From: Faecousia sp.
Lineage (GTDB): Bacteria > Bacillota > Clostridia > Oscillospirales > Oscillospiraceae
Assembly (NCBI GenBank): GCA_045653485.1
Contig: JAZOLX010000124.1
Coordinates: 7,301-71,300, forward strand
Direction of reading: 5' to 3'
DNA: 64,000 bases
In this document: one piece after another, positions 28,137 through 37,206 of the stretch
Numbering within the stretch: position 1 is the first letter of the stretch
Layout: the number at the start of each line of letters is the position of its first letter
Made by a program: the position numbers and the translations under genes
The notes under the pieces: generated by a model
Database searches by the model: none
Seen by the model: only the letters and a program-made list of their open reading frames with translations
What the model was told of the DNA's origin: nothing

Positions 28137-28771
28137 TGAATATTGTTAAAGAATCCAAGGTCACCCATGGTTTTCCCTATATCGCATACATCCCCGATAA
28201 CATCAGCAGCCACCCTGCTCTGCTGCTCCAGCTTCACGGTGCAGGGGAACGGGGAAACGGTGGTGACGAGATCGGTAAAGTTCTTATCCATGGCTTCTCA
28301 AAAATCGTAAACGACGAGAATTTGAAAGACTGTATATTAATCATGCCCCAGTGTCCCGTCGATACCTTCTGGGTTGCCAGAATTGAAAGCATCAAAAAAT
28401 TTATCGATGAGATGATATTAAAATACACTGCCGATACGAGCAGAATCTATCTTTGCGGTTTAAGCATGGGCGGTTTTGGAACATGGTACACCGCAATGGC
28501 ATATCCATCCGTATTTGCAGCCATCGCACCTTGCTGTGGTGGCGGTATGGCATGGAATGCAGCCTCCCTTAAAATGCCTGTATGGGCTTTTCACGGATTG
28601 GAGGATACTGTCGTTTCGCCAAATCAAACGATTGAAATGATTGAAAAATTAAAAGAAAGCAATCCGAACCTTAAATATAATTTGTATGAAGGTGTCGGTC
28701 ATGATTCATGGAATAAAGCATTTTCAGAGGAAACACTGACCTGGTTACTGTCACACAAAAAAGCGACGTGA
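28136..28771 (+). CDS. Alpha/beta-hydrolase (predicted esterase/peptidase)
   Basis: LHGAGERG, GLSMGG nucleophile elbow, FHGLEDTVV, GHDSW. Confidence 0.88.
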   Translation: MNIVKESKVTHGFPYIAYIPDNISSHPALLLQLHGAGERGNGGDEIGKVLIHGFSKIVNDENLKDCILIMPQCPVDTFWVARIESIKKFIDEMILKYTADTSRIYLCGLSMGGFGTWYTAMAYPSVFAAIAPCCGGGMAWNAASLKMPVWAFHGLEDTVVSPNQTIEMIEKLKESNPNLKYNLYEGVGHDSWNKAFSEETLTWLLSHKKAT

Positions 28772-28962
28772 TTGACTCTCCTTTTTCGCAAATTTGCGAC
28801 TATCCGAGTCTTTGTATCTTTTGCAATTTACATTGTTGGAACATCTGTATAGAATGGGAGTCATACCAATAATACAAATATTCTTATTGTTTTTGTTGAC
28901 AGCAAAAAATAACACGCTATAGTGAGATTATCCCGGAAGAATAAATAAAGGAGTATTTTGAT

Positions 28963-29607
28963 ATGAGAATAGTTTTTCAGGGCGATTCCATTACAGACTC
29001 CGGCAGAGTCTATACAAATGATGCGATTGCAGGCCACGGCTATCCGCTGCTTGTAAAGGGAGAACTGGGCTTTGCTGCACCGGGAAAGTTTGAATTCTTA
29101 AACAGGGGCATCAGCGGCAACCGCATTGTTGACCTCTATGCCCGCATGAAACACGATATCGTCAATTTGAAACCCGATGTTCTGAGCATTCTGATTGGCG
29201 TGAACGATGTCTGGCACGAGTTCGGTGTGAGTCCCAACGGCGTGGCAGCGGACAAGTATTTCAAGATATACGATATGCTGATTGAAGAGCTGAAGGCTGC
29301 ACTTCCCGATCTCAAAATCATGATTCTTGAGCCGTTTATCTTAGAGGCCGCAATCGTTCCGGAGGCATGGGCAACCATGGAAAGCCGCGAGCAGGTCCGA
29401 AGCGAAGTCCAGCAGCGGGCCCAAATGGCAAAGAAGATCGCCGAAAAGCACGATTTGGTATTCGTTCCCCTGCAGGAAGGCTTTGATGATCTTTGCCTGC
29501 AGGCACCCGCCAAATACTGGCTCGGAGATGGTGTTCATCCTACAACCATGGGCCACGAATACATCAAGAATCAATGGATGAAGGCATTCCAGACCCTTGG
29601 CATATAA
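28963..29607 (+). CDS. SGNH/GDSL hydrolase
   Basis: GDSITD, NRGISG, IGVND, DGVHP. Confidence 0.92.
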   Translation: MRIVFQGDSITDSGRVYTNDAIAGHGYPLLVKGELGFAAPGKFEFLNRGISGNRIVDLYARMKHDIVNLKPDVLSILIGVNDVWHEFGVSPNGVAADKYFKIYDMLIEELKAALPDLKIMILEPFILEAAIVPEAWATMESREQVRSEVQQRAQMAKKIAEKHDLVFVPLQEGFDDLCLQAPAKYWLGDGVHPTTMGHEYIKNQWMKAFQTLGI

Positions 29608-29626
29608 CCTATTCCATATATAAAGC

Positions 29627-29659
29627 TACGGCTGAGTCCCCAAAAGGGACTCAGCCGTT
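29627..29659. terminator. Bidirectional hairpin terminator
   Basis: ACGGCTGAGTCCC...GGGACTCAGCCGT. Confidence 0.65.
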
Positions 29660-29673
29660 AATTTCATCTGTAC

Positions 29674-30126
29674 TTATGTAAAATAATGCACAGGGATTTT
29701 ATATACTGCCTTTTTTACCTTCATGGGTTGCCGTGCAATGCATACGCCGGGCATATGTCCATCTTCCGGAAGCAGCAGTACGCAGGTGTTCTGATCCACC
29801 TTTACCGCTTCCTCTCTGTCTCCGCTGCACGCAAGATAATCGGACTCCTCACGGTAATCACCCACATGCATTTTTTCTATGTTGGCAACCAGTATCTGTT
29901 CCTCACCGGCCAGTATCACCTGCAGATCCGCATATTTCTTGTGCGCTTCCCAACCGCAGTCTTCCAATTGGTGGGTGGTATATTCCGAAACATTCACATA
30001 GATATCGCTGTTTTCCATAAAATGCTTTCCAAGCGCAATCTCCGCGCCGCCATTTGCCTTGAGAAAATCGATGCATTTTTGGATCACTTGATCCTTGATT
30101 TCTTTGTTCAAATCCACGACTACCAT
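29674..30126 (-). CDS. YhcH/YjgK/YiaL (NanQ-like) cupin protein
   Basis: WEAHKKYADLQ, PEDGHMP, VKKAVYKI; SD AGGAGG before ATG 30126. Confidence 0.88.
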   Translation of the reverse strand: MVVVDLNKEIKDQVIQKCIDFLKANGGAEIALGKHFMENSDIYVNVSEYTTHQLEDCGWEAHKKYADLQVILAGEEQILVANIEKMHVGDYREESDYLACSGDREEAVKVDQNTCVLLLPEDGHMPGVCIARQPMKVKKAVYKIPVHYFT

Positions 30127-30208
30127 AAAGAATTCCTCCTGATAGGTTTTCTGTTTTTTCGGCATGTTTATTATATATGCCTTTGCAGAAAAATGCAAGA
30201 TTGGGGAA

Positions 30209-31750
30209 TCACCGGTTGCGGATTCTTTGCAGTACACTGGGATACCGCTCAATATCTGTATGTGGAATAAACTTAGCCGCCTGCATCCGTACAAGAAAAT
30301 CCGGAATAGAAGCAAACTGCACACAGTACATCTTCTCAGCCAGTGCCCTAGCCTCCTCTAACCGGTTGCGGTCCAGCAGTAAAACCCGCGCTCCCTCCAA
30401 AGAGGTATTGGCGATACTGCTATATTTCTGTCTGGGTAGATCCGGAAAGATTCCAACCGTAATTGCCGACTCCAGATTGGAATGGGCCGAAAATGCACCG
30501 GATAAATAGCAGTGACCGATATCGTCTTCCTTGATTCCGGCAGACTCCAAAAGACATTCGATCATTGTATAAGCAGCCGCCTTGGTATCCAAATACTGGT
30601 GAATATCCGTTTGTGAAAAGTATAGTGGCTGCCCGGTAGCCGATTCCGCTTCCGTCGCATAAACCGCCCCATACTGACCTTCCGCCTCCAGATATCGGAT
30701 GCGGTCTGAAGCGGAGGGTTCCAATTCTCTCGCAATATTGATCCAACCATTCACCCGCATCTGTGCAAGGAAATCAATAATACCGCTGCCGCAGGTTCCA
30801 ACAGATTTTTCTCCGCCAATGGTTGTAAAAGAAAGCTTATCCCGGTCAATGGTTACGGTATCAATTGCCCCGGGTGCTGCCCGCATGCCAAACTTGCTGA
30901 TATATCCCTCCAATGCCGGACCGGCAGCACCGGCACCTGCCAAGACCCAATCCTTGCAGCCGACAACCAGTTCGCCGTTGGTGCCGATATCAAAGAACAG
31001 GCCGATCTCGTCCCTCTTGTGGATATCCAGCTTCAGCAGGCCGCTGACGATATCGCCACCGATGTAGTTGGAAGCCGCGGGAACAATATAGACAAGTCCA
31101 TCAAAATCCATACCCAGCTCATTACCCCAGAAAAATCCCGGGTCCGATACCACCGGTGCATAGGGTGCGGCAAATACCGTCCATGCATTCAATTTCAACA
31201 GGAAGTGAATCATGGTGGTATTGCCGGATACGATCATAATGGGGCATCTGCGTGGATCAATTCCGGTGGACTCCATCAGCTGCTCCATGAGCTTCCGGAA
31301 AGTTTCTACCGTTGCCTCCTGCAAAGCATCCATGTGACGCGCATCTTCCAATGACCAAGTGATCCTACTCAGAATGTCCGTTCCGTAGGCCACCTGACCG
31401 TTCACCAGTTTTTCCTCACCTATGACCGCTCCGGAGTTCATATCCACCAGCTGCATCACAATGGTCGTAGAGCCATAATCCACTGCCAATCCATAGTGCT
31501 GCTGCCGCCGGTCTCCGGGTTCTACATCCGTTAAGATCCAATCTGCTTCTCTGTGAACCAGTGTCACTGTAATATCAAAATCAGCATTTCGGCACAGGGG
31601 GTAAAGCTTGCGCAGCACTGGTAGCGGAACCGTTACATTTTCATATCCCAGAACACCCAGAGCCAGTTGGATCCGCTTTTGATCGCTGATCGTATTATCC
31701 TCCGTAGGCATCTTGAGGCTTAGATATTCTTTTGCGCTAAAGCCATTCAT
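30209..31750 (-). CDS. RACo-type ASKHA-domain ATPase (corrinoid reductive activator family), no N-terminal 2Fe-2S domain
   Basis: GLAVDYGSTT, NGQVAYGTDILSRI, DIGTNGE, AGPALEG, FIPHTD. Confidence 0.85.
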   Translation of the reverse strand: MNGFSAKEYLSLKMPTEDNTISDQKRIQLALGVLGYENVTVPLPVLRKLYPLCRNADFDITVTLVHREADWILTDVEPGDRRQQHYGLAVDYGSTTIVMQLVDMNSGAVIGEEKLVNGQVAYGTDILSRITWSLEDARHMDALQEATVETFRKLMEQLMESTGIDPRRCPIMIVSGNTTMIHFLLKLNAWTVFAAPYAPVVSDPGFFWGNELGMDFDGLVYIVPAASNYIGGDIVSGLLKLDIHKRDEIGLFFDIGTNGELVVGCKDWVLAGAGAAGPALEGYISKFGMRAAPGAIDTVTIDRDKLSFTTIGGEKSVGTCGSGIIDFLAQMRVNGWINIARELEPSASDRIRYLEAEGQYGAVYATEAESATGQPLYFSQTDIHQYLDTKAAAYTMIECLLESAGIKEDDIGHCYLSGAFSAHSNLESAITVGIFPDLPRQKYSSIANTSLEGARVLLLDRNRLEEARALAEKMYCVQFASIPDFLVRMQAAKFIPHTDIERYPSVLQRIRNR

Positions 31751-31871
31751 ATGATCACACCCTCTCATTTCTAACAGCAGTATACTACATGCCACAGATA
31801 TCTGCTGTGAGAAAGTCACACAAATGCACCTCGTGCTCTGTTCTTTGATGGCTTCATGTTGTATAAAAAGT

Positions 31872-31900
31872 TACTGCCGGAGCAAGTGCTCCGGCAGTGA
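31872..31900 (-). terminator. Hairpin terminator downstream of the cytidylyltransferase
   Basis: ACTGCCGGAGCA-AG-TGCTCCGGCAGT. Confidence 0.6.
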
Positions 31901-31952
31901 TTTTCCGTATCTACCTTTGGTAAAAAGGTGTTTTTCCCATCACAGGAAATCC

Positions 31953-32690
31953 TTATTCATATCCATCCTTGGCGCCCTTCTGCCGAATCATACTGTTGAT
32001 CGCTACAACCTCAGGATGATTTTCCAGATATGTTAAGATATCATCCTTCGTAAATGTATTCCCCGGCGTATACAGCGCTTCATAAATTTTGGTGATTGCT
32101 TCGTAGTCCTGCGGTGTATCCAGGGTAAAACGGAATTTGGAGTAATCCTTTCCCAATCCCATACGTCCAACAGAGGATTGCTTCCAATACATATAGGGTG
32201 TCACATGTTCATGCTCATATCCCTCAGTAGAATTCTCAGCAGCTTCTTTCATCAATTCAGCCGTAAAGACTTCACAATCCAAGCCATCCGGCACAGTGGT
32301 TTCACTTCCTACATAGCGATAGCCATTGTCGATCAAATAGCAGATGGACTTATCCAAAAATCCGGCATCCACCAGCGGGGAATCGGATGTAACACGCACA
32401 TAAATATCTGCCGGATGCTCCTGGGCAGCTCCCCAAAACCGGGACAACACATCGCTGTCACTGCCGCGAAACCAGGGAAGATTCCACTGCTCGCATTTTT
32501 CAATAATGATATCATCACAGGGCTTTACAGACGTAGCAATCACGATTTCATCCAGCATTTTACTCTGACGCATGCGCTCAATCATTCGATACAATGCCGG
32601 TTCACCACACAGGTCTTTCAAAACTTTCCCGGGTAACCGAGTAGAGCTCATGTGAACCTGAATGATCGCTACAACCCTTTTCTTCTCCAT
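31953..32690 (-). CDS. SpsF-like cytidylyltransferase (CMP-nonulosonate synthetase family)
   Basis: IIQVHMSSTRLPGKVL, FRGSDSDVLSRF, VRVTSDSP, EHVTPY, RFTLDTPQDY. Confidence 0.88.
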   Translation of the reverse strand: MEKKRVVAIIQVHMSSTRLPGKVLKDLCGEPALYRMIERMRQSKMLDEIVIATSVKPCDDIIIEKCEQWNLPWFRGSDSDVLSRFWGAAQEHPADIYVRVTSDSPLVDAGFLDKSICYLIDNGYRYVGSETTVPDGLDCEVFTAELMKEAAENSTEGYEHEHVTPYMYWKQSSVGRMGLGKDYSKFRFTLDTPQDYEAITKIYEALYTPGNTFTKDDILTYLENHPEVVAINSMIRQKGAKDGYE

Positions 32691-32766
32691 AAATTACTAT
32701 CTCCAATCTAATATCAGTTAATTATTTACTCCGTCACATTGGCAACTAATTTCTCGTGGCACTCAC

Positions 32767-33579
32767 TTACCCCTTCACCGCACCCGCAGTGATGCCGGAC
32801 ACAAAGAATTTCCGGCAAATTAAGAAGACGATCAGTATCGGAACCGTCGCAATAGCAGAACTCGCAAACTGATATGCGTACATGGTAGAACGCTCGGCCA
32901 TCAAGTTCTGAATAAACAGTGGCAGTGTACTGTTTGCCTTTCCTGTCAGCATTACCAATTGCCACATAAAGTCATTCCACACTTGTACGAACATAAAAAT
33001 ACCCAATGCAGCAACAGAGCTGGAAGACAACGGTAAGCCAATCTGCCAATACTGCCGGAAATCACTACAACCGTCAATTTCCGCAGCCTCGAAAATTTCT
33101 CTTGGCAGAGTAGACATGCTCTGCTTCATTAGAAACACACCAAACGGTGCAGCAGCACTGGATAGCACCACTGCAAATTGGGTTCCATACATCCCCATTT
33201 TGGTCAGCATAATAAATGCTGGTACCATCAAAATCTGTTTTGGGATCATCATCGTGCACAGCAACAGGAAAAAGCAGATCCGCTTGCCCGGAAAGTCCTT
33301 TCGTGCAAAGGCATATCCCGCCAATGTATCCAGAAAGAGTACCAACAGGGTAGTAAACAGGGAAATAATCAAGCTGTTACGAAAGCTTTTCAGAATTCCG
33401 CGCTTGAGCACATACTCATAATTTTTCAGTGACAAATTGTTGGGAGAAAAATCCGGTGGCAGGCTCGACAGGTCTACATTGCTTTTAAACGATCCATAGA
33501 TCATCAAAACTACCGGAATCAGAGAAAGCACGATTGTAAGCAGCAGTATGCATTTGCTAATAATTCTTCTCTTTTTCAT
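32767..33579 (-). CDS. Carbohydrate ABC transporter permease (MalG-like)
   Basis: EAAEIDG loop, WNDFMW, GITAGAVKG. Confidence 0.93.
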   Translation of the reverse strand: MKKRRIISKCILLLTIVLSLIPVVLMIYGSFKSNVDLSSLPPDFSPNNLSLKNYEYVLKRGILKSFRNSLIISLFTTLLVLFLDTLAGYAFARKDFPGKRICFFLLLCTMMIPKQILMVPAFIMLTKMGMYGTQFAVVLSSAAAPFGVFLMKQSMSTLPREIFEAAEIDGCSDFRQYWQIGLPLSSSSVAALGIFMFVQVWNDFMWQLVMLTGKANSTLPLFIQNLMAERSTMYAYQFASSAIATVPILIVFLICRKFFVSGITAGAVKG

Positions 33580-33587
33580 AAAATTCC

Positions 33588-34460
33588 TCAATACGTAATG
33601 TCTGTCTTGGATGTTTTAAACTGAAACAATGCAATCACACCGATGATTACAAACAATACAACGCCCATTGCTGCAGCGCGGCCAAATTTCGTATATTCAA
33701 AGGCTGTTTTATACAACAACAGGAGAATTGTCGTGGTGGAATACTGCGGGCCACCGGATGTCAAGAGCATGGGGACCTCAAACACCTGCATCATGGCAAT
33801 CGTTGACGTAACCAAAATATACAGGGTTGTCGGTGCAACCATTGGTAGCGTCACATGACGGAACTGTTTCCATCCCGAAGCGCCATCCAAACAGGCAGCT
33901 TCATAATACACCTTCGGGATTGCGTCAATAGCTGCAGTATACAACACCACCGGTTGTCCCAGAGAAAATGTCAACGTCATCAAGCAAACCAGCGACATTG
34001 CATTATTGCTTTGTCCAAACCAATCAATTGCAGTGATGCCCAATGCAGAACAAATAGTTGCACTTATACCACTGGCAGGGCCAAAAACCCATCGCCAAAT
34101 TGCTACAATCGCCGCAGAAGACGAAACTGCCGGAATATAAATTGCAACTTTAGCAATTCCTTGCCAAGATTCACTGAGTTTTACGATCAAATTCGATAAA
34201 AACAATGAAATGATAATCGTTAGGCCTACAACCACCAATGCAATCGTTACCGTGTTTCCTATGGATTGCACAAAAACAGCATCAGTAAAGATATATTCAT
34301 AGTTTTCGAATCCGACAAACTTCATATTTGCGAAGTCATATTCAAAAAATGAATAGAACACGCCCATAAAAAACGGGATCAACATAAAAATTAAAAAGAA
34401 AACAAACCAGGGCAGAAGGAATGCATAAGAAGACATATTTTTCCCTATTCTTTTGTTCAT
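33588..34460 (-). CDS. Carbohydrate ABC transporter permease (MalF-like)
   Basis: FVGFENY, YYEAACLDGA, GGPQYSTTT. Confidence 0.93.
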   Translation of the reverse strand: MNKRIGKNMSSYAFLLPWFVFFLIFMLIPFFMGVFYSFFEYDFANMKFVGFENYEYIFTDAVFVQSIGNTVTIALVVVGLTIIISLFLSNLIVKLSESWQGIAKVAIYIPAVSSSAAIVAIWRWVFGPASGISATICSALGITAIDWFGQSNNAMSLVCLMTLTFSLGQPVVLYTAAIDAIPKVYYEAACLDGASGWKQFRHVTLPMVAPTTLYILVTSTIAMMQVFEVPMLLTSGGPQYSTTTILLLLYKTAFEYTKFGRAAAMGVVLFVIIGVIALFQFKTSKTDITY

Positions 34461-34477
34461 AGCATCCTCCCTAGATT

Positions 34478-35875
34478 TCAAAATACTGGGCAGGAGAAGA
34501 CACCCTCTCCTGCCCCGATTATACATGATTTACGAATTTTTTCAATAACTTTGTTTGCGTTGGCTGCAAAACTGTTCAAAGCTTCCTGACCGGATTTAGC
34601 CCCGGTATATACAGCCTGAATTTCGGGATAGAAGGTAGAGCGAACCTCTGCCCAGAAGCCGAGCTGGCTACCCCAGTTCAGCGCATAGTACTTGCCAAAG
34701 CTGCTCATACGAGCCGCCTCAGCGGAAACGGTCTCCTTGTCGGTGTAGAGTTCGATACCCTCACGGCAAGCCAACTGACCAGCCTGCTCAATATAGGAAC
34801 CTTCAAACTCAGAACCCATAAAGAAATCGATGAAAGCCTTTGCTGCAGCAATCTTGTTTTCGTCGCCGTTGTTAAATACGCAGAAACCGGTTGCACCGTA
34901 ACCCAGATAAGTCTTGGGTTTGCCATCCAAAGTGGGGAACAGGTAGTACTGAGCCTCCATGGGAACAGCGATCTCGCCGTTCTGCTTACGCTCGTAGGCC
35001 TGGTTGATAGTCCACAGGTCAGCATACTGGCAGACAAAAGTCTTGCCGCTCAAGAACAGTTCGATGCACTCGTCATCGATCAGAGTGGTAGCACCGGGCA
35101 TTGCGATACCTTCGGTTACCAACTTTGCCATGTTGTCCAAAACCTTACCGGCATCAGCAGTATTCAGCGCAACGCCGCTAAGATCCTCGTTCAGAACGGT
35201 AGCACCGGAACCCATCAGCCAACCCATAGTGTTGGAGTCACTGGATTGAGAACCGGCAAACATAGCGATGGAGTAGATGCCGTCAGCCTTACCCGCCTCG
35301 GTGGCAGCCTTGCAGAACGCATAGAACTGGTCCCAAGTCCAGCTCACATGATCTTCGGGCAACATATCGGACAGGCCATACTCTTCTACCAGAGCCACAT
35401 TGATTGCCATTGCGGTACCGCCAGAGGTAAATACAGGAGCCAGGTACTGCTGGCCGTCGATAACAACCGCATTAGTCCAAGAGTCGCTCATGCCTTCTGC
35501 ATTTGCACCGATCACATCAGTCAAGGGAACCAGAACGCCCTTAGCAGCGTAAGAGCTCAAACGCATGTCTGCATCCAGCAGAATGTCGGGAGTAGTCTTG
35601 GAGCCGATGGCCATATTTACCTTCTCAGGGCCGCCTTCCCAAGGGATGGTGGTAGTTGTCAGCTTGATATTGGGGTACTGCTTATTGAATTCAGCCATGA
35701 CCTCTTCATCAAAGAAGCTGTCCTGGGTGTCAAAACGGGGATAGCACCACAAGGTCAGTTCTGCAGAAATATCCTTACCCTCTCCACCGGTTTGGGGTTT
35801 ATTATTTGTACAACCGGTAATACTGCCAACCACCATAATAGCAGCCAGAAGCAGCGCTAAAATTTTCTTGGTCAT
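34478..35875 (-). CDS. Carbohydrate ABC transporter solute-binding lipoprotein
   Basis: Signal peptide with ITGC lipobox; SBP_bac_1-type features (FNKQYPNIKL, PDI, WTWDQF). Confidence 0.9.
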   Translation of the reverse strand: MTKKILALLLAAIMVVGSITGCTNNKPQTGGEGKDISAELTLWCYPRFDTQDSFFDEEVMAEFNKQYPNIKLTTTTIPWEGGPEKVNMAIGSKTTPDILLDADMRLSSYAAKGVLVPLTDVIGANAEGMSDSWTNAVVIDGQQYLAPVFTSGGTAMAINVALVEEYGLSDMLPEDHVSWTWDQFYAFCKAATEAGKADGIYSIAMFAGSQSSDSNTMGWLMGSGATVLNEDLSGVALNTADAGKVLDNMAKLVTEGIAMPGATTLIDDECIELFLSGKTFVCQYADLWTINQAYERKQNGEIAVPMEAQYYLFPTLDGKPKTYLGYGATGFCVFNNGDENKIAAAKAFIDFFMGSEFEGSYIEQAGQLACREGIELYTDKETVSAEAARMSSFGKYYALNWGSQLGFWAEVRSTFYPEIQAVYTGAKSGQEALNSFAANANKVIEKIRKSCIIGAGEGVFSCPVF

Positions 35876-35992
35876 AAATATTCTCCTTGTTATTATTCGA
35901 TTTGTTTCGCAAACGGACCTCTTTGAGGAACACGTTTTATTATACAAGGCCATTGCAACAAAAGAAATAATAACATTTCTTTATTCATTGCA

Positions 35993-37159
35993 TTATTTCA
36001 TGTTTCGATACTCGCTGGGCGATTTTCCTGTCTGTTTACGGAACACATTGATAAAATAACTGGCCGAGCGGAAGCCGCATTCCTCAGCGACCACATTGAT
36101 CTTATAATTGGTCTTCTCAAGCAACTCCTTTGCCTGAGCAATGCGACGATCCGTAATATATTCCTGAAAACCCACGCCCATTTTCCGAATAAAGAAAGCG
36201 CTGAAATATGAAGGTGTAATTCCCAAGTAACCGCTTATCATAGTGAGGCTCAAATCTGGATCCTCAATGTGTTTCTCAATGTGCTTTTTTGCCAATGTCA
36301 ATATATTTGTCTCTGTTTTGCTACCCAGTTCAGAAATGTCCCTGTAGAGGATAGCTGCAACATTTTGAAACCACAACAGAATTTCTGGCGTATCATGGAT
36401 TTCAAACACTCGGTTATATGGATCCTGATAGTTCAGTGTCGCCTCAACGTCCACGCCGGCATCTGCTGCAATATGCATGATTTCAAACAGTATCTCCAGA
36501 ATCGTTCGGCGGATACTGGTAGGATAAGGCATACCCTCACGGGCAGGAGACTCCTTACGGATATTCTCCGCCAGCACCACCATGTTATTCATCATTTGGT
36601 CCAGTCGCCCACTTTTAAACAGTTCGATAACTTGTCTTTTCTCAGCTTCCAGCTTTCGGGTTGTACTGCTTCGATTGACATAGATATCATCGATATAGAA
36701 TACGCCCCCGGCTGTTTCATTGCTGTTTAAAGCCTCATGGGCCTCTGCGCGGGAATAGTTCAGCTTATTGATTTCACCATAACTTCTGCCCACACCGATC
36801 CTGACTGGCCTTCCAAAGCCCTTTTCAATGCTTCTGTACAATTTTTCCACTAAAGCCGTTCTGTTATTCTCTGTTTCAGAAACCACCATTACTGTACGGA
36901 ATTGATTCCCAATATAGCAAGCTGCCTCTGGGCAGATTTGCCTTTGCGCATGCTGACAAACATCCCAAAGCTCCACCGGCAAATTGGCATGCGCCGCCAA
37001 ATCTTCCTCATTACAAAGCCACACCACAAGGCAAAAGCACTTGTATGCAAACAGGGAAGGCGCCAGATTGTTTGCCATCTGATAGATTTCATTCGCATCC
37101 AGACCGGATGTGCCTTCTGCCACCTGGCGGATAAACCATTCGGCTCTCTCCCGCTTCAT
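35993..37159 (-). CDS. AraC-family regulator, YesN-like body without receiver domain
   Basis: IGVG...SRAEAHEAL GGDEF-like segment; C-terminal CGFRSASYFINVFRKQTG. Confidence 0.85.
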   Translation of the reverse strand: MKRERAEWFIRQVAEGTSGLDANEIYQMANNLAPSLFAYKCFCLVVWLCNEEDLAAHANLPVELWDVCQHAQRQICPEAACYIGNQFRTVMVVSETENNRTALVEKLYRSIEKGFGRPVRIGVGRSYGEINKLNYSRAEAHEALNSNETAGGVFYIDDIYVNRSSTTRKLEAEKRQVIELFKSGRLDQMMNNMVVLAENIRKESPAREGMPYPTSIRRTILEILFEIMHIAADAGVDVEATLNYQDPYNRVFEIHDTPEILLWFQNVAAILYRDISELGSKTETNILTLAKKHIEKHIEDPDLSLTMISGYLGITPSYFSAFFIRKMGVGFQEYITDRRIAQAKELLEKTNYKINVVAEECGFRSASYFINVFRKQTGKSPSEYRNMK

Positions 37160-37206
37160 TGCCAACCATCTTCACCCTTTCCGTCTTTCAGCGCTCCGTT
37201 ACAGAA

